Virus record (IMG/VR): IMGVR_UViG_3300046463_000715
Location: 1,868 to 65,867 of that record
Reading direction: 5' to 3' (one strand)
Length of the DNA stretch: 64,000 nt
DNA from: a virus
Taxonomy: Duplodnaviria; Caudoviricetes
Under the pieces are notes generated by a model. The model searched no databases and was not told the origin of the DNA. It saw nothing but the letters and a program-made list of their open reading frames with translations. The translations under genes and the position numbers were made by a program. Positions 36,622-44,072 of the stretch are shown one piece after another. Each line of letters opens with the position of its first letter. The first letter of the stretch is position 1.

Positions 36622-36911
36622 GAGGGGCCTGTGACGTAAACCGAGTTGCGGGTGCGGAAGCCCTCGGGCGAAACCTCCAGGACCTTCGATGTCTGGAAGA
36701 TGCCGTCAGCCTTTTGTCCGTTGCGCCGGTCGCGGAACACCAGGACGCTCTCGCCCACCTTGATAGGTCCGGCCAGCTCGCCCTCGATTTCGTATTCAAC
36801 CGGCAGAGATAAGCCGTCCCCGTGGTCGCCGATGCCAGCGACGTGGTCAGCAGCCTCTCGCGCCAGGGCTCCGCCCGGACTCGCAGAGATTTTCTTGATT
36901 TTTATTCGCAT
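36603..36911 (-). CDS. hypothetical protein
   Basis: GIFQTS.V...FRTRNSVY motif. Confidence 0.55.
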   Translation of the reverse strand: MRIKIKKISASPGGALAREAADHVAGIGDHGDGLSLPVEYEIEGELAGPIKVGESVLVFRDRRNGQKADGIFQTSKVLEVSPEGFRTRNSVYVTGPSCLSEA

Positions 36912-37159
36912 GATTCGATTAGCTTTCCTGTTCCTTGGCACACATAGCAAGGCACGGTCAGACTGCCCTGCGGCAGCTCTCCGTAGCCTTCGCACTCGGT
37001 GCATTGAAAAGTTTTGGGCTCCGCTGGTTTCGCAGGCGCGGACTTGGACCGCTTTTTACCGAAGATTCTGTCGTAGCCCGCTCGATATACTTTCGTCGAG
37101 ACGTTGGACTCCGGTCGAGAACCTTTACCTGCTCTTGTTGTGATGTCGGTGTATGCCAT
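36902..37159 (-). CDS. protein with DnaJ-type CxxCxGxG repeats
   Basis: CTECEGYG...CYVCQGTG; YRAGYDRIFGKK. Confidence 0.6.
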   Translation of the reverse strand: MAYTDITTRAGKGSRPESNVSTKVYRAGYDRIFGKKRSKSAPAKPAEPKTFQCTECEGYGELPQGSLTVPCYVCQGTGKLIESCE

Positions 37160-37172
37160 TAGTTTTAGTATT

Positions 37173-37412
37173 TCATTTTAGTATGGTGTCCCATTGAACT
37201 ACCTTGCCTACGTTCCAGTGTCCGCGAAGCATTGTCTTCAGCTGTTCCGGGGTGTTGACCCAACGTCCGAGGTCCTTGCCCGAAAGGGGCGCGTTCCACA
37301 GGACGAGAAAGCCGTCCTTGTAGCGGAATATTTTGAGGAGCTCATTTTCTTGGGTGCCGTCGACCGGAAGGTCTGCAGCTTGGTCAATCCACCACGGGTC
37401 TGGTTGTTGCAC
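37173..37412 (-). CDS. hypothetical protein
   Basis: GTG 5 nt after TTGACA-N17-TATATT (37418-37446). Confidence 0.55.
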   Translation of the reverse strand: MQQPDPWWIDQAADLPVDGTQENELLKIFRYKDGFLVLWNAPLSGKDLGRWVNTPEQLKTMLRGHWNVGKVVQWDTILK

Positions 37413-37442
37413 AATTAAATATACGGAGACTTTTGTTTACTG

Positions 37443-37640
37443 TCAACTGCGAGCGAAATCTGCTGCTGTCGTTTCGTGCTGCTCTTTACCTCTCGGCGTC
37501 CAGTAAAAGTGGAAGCCGTCGAATTCCATGTAGCCCTGCCGCCGGTTCCAACCCATGAGCCCGAGGTAGTCGTAAAACTCCTCCAGGCTCATGCTGTCGG
37601 CAGCGTGGATGCTCCTGGCGCAACCGGCTCGTCGTTTCAT
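37443..37640 (-). CDS. hypothetical protein
   Basis: ATGA overlap. Confidence 0.4.
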   Translation of the reverse strand: MKRRAGCARSIHAADSMSLEEFYDYLGLMGWNRRQGYMEFDGFHFYWTPRGKEQHETTAADFARS

Positions 37641-37879
37641 GCGAAGAGCGCTTCGGCGTAACGGTTGCGGATGTTCTGGTCAGTGGTCGACCACCACTTG
37701 GTGATGAACCGCTTCGCTTTCCCGCCCACCAGGAAAACGGTGTTACGGAACTTAGCGGAGTGAACCACGACGCCGTGCATCGGGTCACCCTGCCAGGAGC
37801 ATTCCCGGTTGTGGTTGTCTTCGACCTTCACGCGACAGGCGCGTTCGTTCATTGCGATGATACCTTGGAGTGAGTGCAT
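37637..37879 (-). CDS. hypothetical protein
   Basis: 80 aa, A-rich start context. Confidence 0.55.
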   Translation of the reverse strand: MHSLQGIIAMNERACRVKVEDNHNRECSWQGDPMHGVVVHSAKFRNTVFLVGGKAKRFITKWWSTTDQNIRNRYAEALFA

Positions 37880-37916
37880 TTTATGTGTTCCTTTCGATAA
37901 CTGTGTTTTATGTGCT

Positions 37917-38183
37917 CTAGCCCACGTAGGCCACTAGCTCGTAGCGTCCGCTGTCGAGACGGGTGATGACGACGTGGAAATATTTCTTGGTCGGGCGGTT
38001 CTTGAAAAGGGCAATCGCGAAGTGGGCTCGGCGCTGCTCCCCGTAGTTCATGGAACGCTCAAGGCCTTCGAGAGCCGAGGCGTTCTCGTCCGAGAGAATC
38101 GGGAGGACAGCCTTCGAGATTACCGCTTCAGCAAATGCGCCCTGGACCGCTGCACCGAGAGTTTCAAAATACGGACTGTTCAT
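37917..38183 (-). CDS. hypothetical protein
   Basis: RLDSGRYELVAY tail; own promoter at 38190-38218. Confidence 0.6.
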   Translation of the reverse strand: MNSPYFETLGAAVQGAFAEAVISKAVLPILSDENASALEGLERSMNYGEQRRAHFAIALFKNRPTKKYFHVVITRLDSGRYELVAYVG

Positions 38184-38713
38184 ACCGATACCTTCTCACA
38201 AGCCACAACACTTGTCAAATTTTTATTTACGCATACCGGAAGATTAATAGCACCAGGGCGTTGCAGCTTCGGGGTGACCTCGAAGGCATACCGCACACGG
38301 CGATTTAAATTGGTGCGCGCATCGCAGAGCCTGCCGTCGACAACTGCCATCGCGTGGCCCGAGACCGTAATAAGATACCGCTTGCCGTGGTCGCAGGCCC
38401 GCAGGAAGGTTTTGACGGTCATTCCGGCGCGCCTTCCGTTCCAGACCCCGCTCTCGTTGTAGAGCCACTTCGCCTCGACGACCGTGCCATAGGGCTTGAC
38501 CAGATTGTGACCGGCGATTTTCCAGGTCGAGAAGCCCTTCTTCCGCTTTCTGCCCATGCGTTTTAACAGGGCCTGGGCCTCGTCCCAGAGAATGTTCAGC
38601 GCGTAAGCGGTCGCTGTGACCGTGCAGCAGTTGCAATCGTCCAGGTCGGTGATTTTCTTCTGCCCGCTGCTGAGGCAGACGTGCAGCTGAGGGTCTGGGA
38701 AAAATACGCTCAT
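38180..38713 (-). CDS. putative Cys/His papain-like protein
   Basis: NCCTVTATAYAL...GHAMAVVDG; start inferred at MSVFF. Confidence 0.55.
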   Translation of the reverse strand: MSVFFPDPQLHVCLSSGQKKITDLDDCNCCTVTATAYALNILWDEAQALLKRMGRKRKKGFSTWKIAGHNLVKPYGTVVEAKWLYNESGVWNGRRAGMTVKTFLRACDHGKRYLITVSGHAMAVVDGRLCDARTNLNRRVRYAFEVTPKLQRPGAINLPVCVNKNLTSVVACEKVSV

Positions 38714-39072
38714 ATTCTGTTGTATTTCGAACGGTCCAGGGACTTGTGGTTGTCGTCGGCCCGATTGAACCAGACGGTCTTTACGAAGGCCTCTGAGCCC
38801 ACCGGCGCGCCCAGGACCATGACGAGGTCGAGCTCGTCGCTGTAGGGGAAGCGAGCCACACCCCAAACGGGTTTGCCGTCTTCCATTGTAACCTCGACGA
38901 TGTCGCCGACTTCAAACTCGGCTGAGCCGAACTGCTCGGCGCGTCCGTAGCGGTCAATGTCTGCCTCTTTTTGTGCATGGTATCCCCAGCGCAGGCTGAG
39001 CTTGCTGGCCCAGAGCTGAGCCGCCCCGGCGGGTAGCCCGAGCAGCTTGTGGTAACGTCCGTTTTTAATCAT
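38710..39072 (-). CDS. hypothetical protein
   Basis: VKTVWFNRADDNHKSLDRSKY tail; first gene of the leftward unit. Confidence 0.6.
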   Translation of the reverse strand: MIKNGRYHKLLGLPAGAAQLWASKLSLRWGYHAQKEADIDRYGRAEQFGSAEFEVGDIVEVTMEDGKPVWGVARFPYSDELDLVMVLGAPVGSEAFVKTVWFNRADDNHKSLDRSKYNRI

Positions 39073-39077
39073 GCCTC

Positions 39078-39146
39078 AGCTTACACCCTGGCGCTCCGCA
39101 CGCAAGCCGGAAAATCTACTAACCGTGGCCCCGGGGCTTCCCCTGG
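39078..39146 (-). promoter_or_regulatory. leftward promoter with the 31-bp element
   Basis: CCAGGGGAAGCCCCGGGGCCACGGTTAGTAG-N10-TTGCGT-N16-TAAGCT. Confidence 0.65.
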
Positions 39147-39179
39147 TAGAGGGTCCGTAATCGCTCTGTAAAATAAAGT

Positions 39180-39208
39180 TCGACAACCGGCTTGCCCGGG
39201 CCTATTGT
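39180..39208 (+). promoter_or_regulatory. rightward promoter of the ncRNA cluster
   Basis: AAATAAAG UP-like tract, TCGACA-N17-TATTGT. Confidence 0.6.
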
Positions 39209-39230
39209 GCTCACAGTTCTTTGAGAGTTT

Positions 39231-39421
39231 GAAGTCGGTTGAGGGCAAATCCTCTGCGGGTCAAGCCCGCTAGCATCCGGACCCGTCAGTCCGGAAGGGT
39301 GATGAGCTCAATGTAAATACGCTGCAATGCTGCTGTGGTTTGAGTCCCGCTTGACACCGGGGCAGAGGGCGAGAGCAGAGGGCAGCGGGGAAAAGCAGGG
39401 GATAAGCCCTCAGCCGATTTT
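39231..39421 (+). ncRNA. structured ~190-nt RNA of unknown family
   Basis: 16-bp plus 9-bp closing helices, GGAA-capped hairpin, potential GTCAAG/CTTGAC pseudoknot, flanking T-tracts. Confidence 0.7.
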
Positions 39422-39545
39422 TTCGCCTCAATCGAGGAACCGGTGCCTTGCCTTCAATGGTGACGCAACGAGACAGAAACGGGAGCCGAAAGCTCACGAA
39501 ATTTCTTGGCCGGTTTGCAGGTCGGTAACTGCGGGCGAATTTTAT

Positions 39546-39649
39546 GGTCCCGATAGGCTGAGGCCCGAAACCGCTACACTGGCGGCTGCGACCGAGGGAA
39601 CCGGAACAGGTAGTGCTGACCGGGAGAGGGTTTGAATCCCTCCGGGACT
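39546..39649 (+). ncRNA. tRNA-like RNA with an extended anticodon arm, no CCA
   Basis: GGTCCCG/CGGGACT acceptor, GAGGG-TTTGAAT-CCCTC T arm. Confidence 0.65.
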
Positions 39650-39658
39650 TTTGATTTT

Positions 39659-39793
39659 ATGGCACACAAACGAAAAGACACATTGGTCGCTCCGAAGCAG
39701 TGGTGGAAGCACCTGCGCGACTGGAAGCGACCGCAGAACAAGGCCGAGAGGCGGGCAGCGAAACTAAAATTTGACAAGCAAAACGACCTGTGA
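39659..39793 (+). CDS. small basic protein (44 aa, MAHKRK...WWKHLR...)
   Basis: TTTT-ATG start directly after the tRNA-like element. Confidence 0.55.
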   Translation: MAHKRKDTLVAPKQWWKHLRDWKRPQNKAERRAAKLKFDKQNDL

Positions 39794-39804
39794 GAAGTTC
39801 AGGC

Positions 39805-40011
39805 ATGGAAAATAAGTTTTATAGGCGGGTGGACAAGTTCGTCTACCACCGTCTCTGGCTCGTGAGGCCGGACACCGGCAGCACCTGGACCTGGGAATGG
39901 AACGGCGGCTTCTGGGAGCGCGCTACGCCCGACTTCGACCTGTTCAACGAGAAGGTCTCCAGGCCTCTGACGGTCGAGCGCTTGAAAATCGAAATCAAAC
40001 ACCGCTTATGA
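39805..40011 (+). CDS. hypothetical protein
   Basis: ATG 5 nt after TTGACA-N17-GAAGTT. Confidence 0.55.
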   Translation: MENKFYRRVDKFVYHRLWLVRPDTGSTWTWEWNGGFWERATPDFDLFNEKVSRPLTVERLKIEIKHRL

Positions 40012-40181
40012 GAATTGTGCGAGTCAGAATCAGTGGCTGGGCTATCCAGGAAGGTGACCGGTGGTTGTGTTGGTCAATTCCGCCGCACTTTGGTTGGACT
40101 GAATACCCTGAGCTGGCCCACGTTTTCAAGCGGCTCTCCGAGGCCGAGGCCTGGGTGCTCAATAATTCCAAGAAAGATTAA
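40008..40181 (+). CDS. hypothetical protein
   Basis: ATGA overlap. Confidence 0.45.
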   Translation: MRIVRVRISGWAIQEGDRWLCWSIPPHFGWTEYPELAHVFKRLSEAEAWVLNNSKKD

Positions 40182-40315
40182 CATGATTGCAACTGTGGAC
40201 GGATTCGAATGTTTGAACAGTATGCCCTGGCTCGTGCCAGTCGGCCTGCTCGTAATTGTGCTGGTCGTAAAAGTCCTGCTTGACTTCTTGTTCGACTAGT
40301 GCGAAAGGTATCAGC

Positions 40316-40651
40316 ATGAAAGTAAAAATTGGCGAAATCTTCCGAAGGTCCTGGGGCTACGACCAGACCAACGTCGACTACTTCCAGGTGGTCGCTCTCA
40401 AGGCGAAGACGGTTGTCGTTCGCGAAATCAATCACCGTGAAGTCCCGGGCTCGAACCAGGGCGGCATGAGCTGCAACGTCGTCCCGGTGAAGGACAGCTT
40501 CGACGAGAGCAAGCTGCCTCGTCAGGTCCGTATCGCTGTCGGCCACGAGGGCTCGCCGGTGCTCGTCGTCGGACCGAGTAAATGGGCGCAGCTCGTGCCC
40601 GCAAACACCGATGGAACCTACCCCCATTCCTATTGCTCCTGGTATGCTTAA
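40316..40651 (+). CDS. hypothetical protein
   Basis: SWGYDQTNVDYFQV motif. Confidence 0.7.
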   Translation: MKVKIGEIFRRSWGYDQTNVDYFQVVALKAKTVVVREINHREVPGSNQGGMSCNVVPVKDSFDESKLPRQVRIAVGHEGSPVLVVGPSKWAQLVPANTDGTYPHSYCSWYA

Positions 40652-41213
40652 CACCAACGACGTGGACCCGTTCCAAAATATCGCGTCAGACTATCTGACC
40701 TCCTGCTTCATCGACTTGAACGCGAAGGTCGAGTTTGCGGTCGAGAAATTAAAGCCCGACGCAGGCCGGTTCGATGCAATCGTAGTCCGGGGAGTTTCTG
40801 GCCTGCTGGTCGGACCGATGGTCGCCTCGCGCCTGGGCAAGCCCTGGTGCATTGTCCGCAAGCCAGGGGACGGCACGCACTCGGACCACAAGGTGGTCGA
40901 GGGCTGGTATAATTTCAAGAGCTACATCATCGTCGACGACTTAATCGCGACCGGCGGGACCATTAAGCTCATCCAGAAAACGCTTCACGAGCACGGGAAA
41001 GCCTACCGTGAAGAGTGGCAGCTCGGTGTTCCCGAGTGTGTCGGCTACTACCTCTTCAACCACGACGAGCTGGTGTGGCGCGGCGACGGTAAAAATTATT
41101 CCTTCCATGACAAATATTTCCTCTTTCAAGAAATTCCTGCACGACCAAGTGTGTCCGAACAAATCTTTGCGGCAGCTAGTTCGAGACCGCTCCTTGCTGA
41201 GACTAATCCTTGA
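40644..41213 (+). CDS. type I phosphoribosyltransferase
   Basis: PRPP-binding IIVDDLIATGGT, RGVSG, VRK. Confidence 0.85.
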   Translation: MLNTNDVDPFQNIASDYLTSCFIDLNAKVEFAVEKLKPDAGRFDAIVVRGVSGLLVGPMVASRLGKPWCIVRKPGDGTHSDHKVVEGWYNFKSYIIVDDLIATGGTIKLIQKTLHEHGKAYREEWQLGVPECVGYYLFNHDELVWRGDGKNYSFHDKYFLFQEIPARPSVSEQIFAAASSRPLLAETNP

Positions 41214-41240
41214 ACTGGCAGTCCTCTCCATTTTATTTTT

Positions 41241-41558
41241 ATGAACCATCAAGCACCAAAACTCCTCCCGACTCTCGTGGCCTTGTGGCCCGGAGACGAA
41301 AACAACAAAGTGGTAGTTCGAATCACTGCGACCAATCGAATCTACTGTGTCTACAAAGGTCTCACCGCATTCCCCTACATCGCCGGGAGCTCGGAGCTGA
41401 AATATGACGTTTCAGATTTCGTGCTGCCAGAGGGGGCTACGGCTCAACTCAAAAAACTGCTCATGAAGCAAATCCAGGTGCGCATGAGTCCCGGCTACCG
41501 GCGAGACCTGGAAGACGAGAACAACAAAGAACTGTGGCAATACACTGACGAAGTATGA
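41241..41558 (+). CDS. hypothetical protein
   Basis: T-rich start context. Confidence 0.55.
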   Translation: MNHQAPKLLPTLVALWPGDENNKVVVRITATNRIYCVYKGLTAFPYIAGSSELKYDVSDFVLPEGATAQLKKLLMKQIQVRMSPGYRRDLEDENNKELWQYTDEV

Positions 41559-41764
41559 ATCATATCCTATACCTGAACCAGAGCGCTGTGCGCAAACTGG
41601 TCAAAGAAAACGGCAAGCGGTGCTCGGGGGAATTCCTCCTGGCCCTGGACGACCTCGTCCGGAGCCGAGTAGTCGCCGCTGCCAAAATCCATAACGGCGG
41701 GCGGGTTACACTCGACGCATCTGTCCTGGGACACGTCTCGGGAGCAAGGCTGCACAATGCCTAA
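41555..41764 (+). CDS. small protein, possibly histone-fold-like
   Basis: SAVRKLVK..GKR.S.EF..ALD..V...A...G.VTL resembles prokaryotic histone folds. Confidence 0.45.
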   Translation: MNHILYLNQSAVRKLVKENGKRCSGEFLLALDDLVRSRVVAAAKIHNGGRVTLDASVLGHVSGARLHNA

Positions 41765-42083
41765 GCTAGTCAGAGCTCTAACGTTCCGGGCTGCGCTTGA
41801 CCAAAAGCTGGTCACGATTGCCCGGGCCTTTGGCTCTGCTGCTGAGGGGGCGCGGCAGTGTGGGGTAACTTATCGGTGCTTCGCTAGGTGGAAGACCGGT
41901 TTCCCCGCTGCCGCGCTGCTTCAGAAAATCGACGACGTCTACGCGATGGCTGTCGAGCTTCTGAACGACCCGGAGCTGATGAGGAAACGCCGAGCGACCT
42001 CGAAGAAAATCGTCAGCCTCGCCATAAAGCTGAGGCTGAGCCGGAAAACAGTTCAGCTGCTCCAGGAGCAGGGACTCTATTGA
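41757..42083 (+). CDS. HTH DNA-binding protein
   Basis: ARQCGVTYRCFARWKTG. Confidence 0.55.
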   Translation: MPKLVRALTFRAALDQKLVTIARAFGSAAEGARQCGVTYRCFARWKTGFPAAALLQKIDDVYAMAVELLNDPELMRKRRATSKKIVSLAIKLRLSRKTVQLLQEQGLY

Positions 42084-42118
42084 ATTGACGCTTGTTGTGA
42101 ACCGAGCTATATTGCTAC

Positions 42119-42349
42119 ATGGCAAAGGCAAAGCTATCGAGACAGCAGAAGTGGCAGGCAGCGCGCAGAGCTCAAGGGCTCTGCATTCGCTGCGGTGCCG
42201 AACCCCTAATAAATAAAAATCATGGAAAAAGGTGTGCAGAGAAGCAACGCGAGCATATGCGCAAAGTTACCGGAGCGAAAATTCGCTACAAGAGTGCCGG
42301 GAGCTACGCGAAACTGGCAACCAGTGACCAGAAACGAGTTCGCCATTGA
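42119..42349 (+). CDS. basic Zn-finger-like protein
   Basis: GLCIRCG; TTGACG-N17-TATATT 5 nt upstream. Confidence 0.55.
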   Translation: MAKAKLSRQQKWQAARRAQGLCIRCGAEPLINKNHGKRCAEKQREHMRKVTGAKIRYKSAGSYAKLATSDQKRVRH

Positions 42350-42809
42350 GGGAGACCTCGTCTGGATTAAGCTCACTCAGGGACAAGAAACCTGTGTCGA
42401 CCTGGACGATTGGCCGAAGGTTGCACCACACCGCTGGCATGCGGACAAGAACACCAGCGGGGGATTCTATGCGAGGTGCAGGAAGACAGGCATCCTACTT
42501 CACATCGCCTTGTCGGTCTACTTAGAAGTGGACCACAAAGATGGAAACGGGCTCAACAACAGGGGTAGCAATCTCCGTGACGCAACCCACCAGCAGAACT
42601 GCAGAAACCGGAGAAGCGCGGGCCTCTACAAAGGGGTGTCCCGGGACGGTAAACTTTGGAGAGCCAGAATCTGTGACGGGACAATGAAAAATGCCTGCAC
42701 CTATCTCGGAGCCTTCGAGACCGCTGTCGAAGCAGCAAAAGCATACGATGAAAAAGCTAAAGAATTATTTGGCGAGTTTGCTCGCCTCAACTTTCCGGAA
42801 GGGGAATGA
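42324..42809 (+). CDS. HNH endonuclease with AP2 domain
   Basis: VDHKDGNGLNNRGSNLR; YKGV...WRARI...LGAF...AAKAYD...FGEFARLNF. Confidence 0.9.
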   Translation: MTRNEFAIEGDLVWIKLTQGQETCVDLDDWPKVAPHRWHADKNTSGGFYARCRKTGILLHIALSVYLEVDHKDGNGLNNRGSNLRDATHQQNCRNRRSAGLYKGVSRDGKLWRARICDGTMKNACTYLGAFETAVEAAKAYDEKAKELFGEFARLNFPEGE

Positions 42810-42956
42810 CTTTCAACCTCATCGAGCTGCGAAGTCTGTTGTGGTTTTCCGCAACCCGAGGGCACAAGCAGACAGCTCGGGCTCTTCTGGACGCAATCCA
42901 AAAAGAGCGAGCACGGTTAAATTCACAACCAACGGCTACAACGAAATCATCGAACC

Positions 42957-43151
42957 ATGAGCGCATTTTGGAAAGACCCTGAAATCTCGCTCGGACAGAG
43001 GAAGCGTGGCAGGCCTAAAGGTCCGGCAAAGGTCCGGCTCCAGACCTGGGTCCTGCCTGAGACGCTCGACGCGCTCCGCAAGAGAGCTTTTGCAAAGGAC
43101 ACCAACCTGGGAGCGTTCCTGGATTGGCTGCTTGGCCGGAAGAAACAATAG
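42957..43151 (+). CDS. AT-hook / ribbon-helix-helix-like DNA-binding protein
   Basis: KRGRPK followed by a strand-helix-helix pattern. Confidence 0.5.
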   Translation: MSAFWKDPEISLGQRKRGRPKGPAKVRLQTWVLPETLDALRKRAFAKDTNLGAFLDWLLGRKKQ

Positions 43152-43221
43152 ACTATAATAATTATTTATTTTTTTAACTGAAAGAATTAAAAAAATAAAA
43201 GAGAAGAGAGACAACAATACA

Positions 43222-43500
43222 ATGAAGACAATACAGAAACTGCAGAAGGCCGCGAGACGCATACCCCGTTTGAAGCGGAAGTTCGAACAAATCATCGCCA
43301 AGGGTCGGCGCGGCGGGCATGTGCTCACCGATGACGCCATCGGCTTCTACAACGTCCGAATCCTCGCCTGCGAGAACGCGCTCCGCCTTCTGGCCCTGGA
43401 GCTGTTCAATCGGAAGGTCGGACAGCCGCCGGTCCGCGATGCTCGACCTCTCAAGGTCCAGCGTCAGCTCGGCTTAATCCCCGCCGTCTTCGTATCATGA
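43222..43500 (+). CDS. hypothetical protein
   Basis: 92 aa, ATGA overlap with the next gene. Confidence 0.5.
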   Translation: MKTIQKLQKAARRIPRLKRKFEQIIAKGRRGGHVLTDDAIGFYNVRILACENALRLLALELFNRKVGQPPVRDARPLKVQRQLGLIPAVFVS

Positions 43501-44072
43501 GCGTCATCGACTACGAACGCCGCTACATCCGGACGCACAGCGACGGCAAGTTCTTTGCCCTGGAGCCCGAGCACGGCGACATCCGAATCGACGACATCGC
43601 CCACGGCTTAGCGAATAACTGTCGCTGGGGCGGGCAGTGCAAATACTGGTATCCGGTCGCGGCTCACGCAATCTGGGTCTCGCTCCTGGTGCCGAAGCCG
43701 TTCAAGCTCTGCGCTCTCATGCACGACAGCAGCGAGGGCCTGGGTCTGGCCGACATCGCCTCTCCGTTCAAGGCCTTTCTGCCGGACTACAAGAAAATCG
43801 AAGACAGCGCCATGAGCGGCATCGCCCGCAAGTTCGGCTTCGAGTGGCCGGTTCCTCCCGAGGTGAAAAAGGCCGACATGCTCGCTCTCTATCACGAGAG
43901 GGTCGCCCTTTTCGATTCTCACCACTCCGTCGACAAGGCAACCATTCCGATGCAGGCCTTGCCGAAAGGCTGGAAGCTTCCTACCTGGAGTTACAAGGGC
44001 TGGACACCAGAGAAGGCGAAGAGGCTCTTCCTCGCATACTTCGACGTCTACACCCACGGCGAATTCGCCTAA
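43497..44072 (+). CDS. HD-domain phosphohydrolase (5'-deoxynucleotidase-like)
   Basis: DIAHGLA..CRWGG...VAAH...ALMHDSSE...VKKAD. Confidence 0.85.
   Translation: MSVIDYERRYIRTHSDGKFFALEPEHGDIRIDDIAHGLANNCRWGGQCKYWYPVAAHAIWVSLLVPKPFKLCALMHDSSEGLGLADIASPFKAFLPDYKKIEDSAMSGIARKFGFEWPVPPEVKKADMLALYHERVALFDSHHSVDKATIPMQALPKGWKLPTWSYKGWTPEKAKRLFLAYFDVYTHGEFA

Noticed and set aside
39281-39305. CCCGTCAG-TCCGGAAGG resembles SRP RNA domain IV
   Set aside because: Lacks the CAGG/AGCA symmetric loop; folds as a plain GNRA hairpin
39555-39572. CTGAG...GAAAC as a hammerhead core
   Set aside because: CUGANGA is incomplete and stems I-III cannot be built
39343-39649. Possible tmRNA (AGTCCCG...CGGGACT with T arm)
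   Set aside because: No G3:U70 alanine identity, no GGGG 5' end or CCA, no tag ORF; local pairing with 39546-52 is more parsimonious
42324-42809. HNH gene as part of an intron or intein
   Set aside because: Free-standing; no split host gene evident
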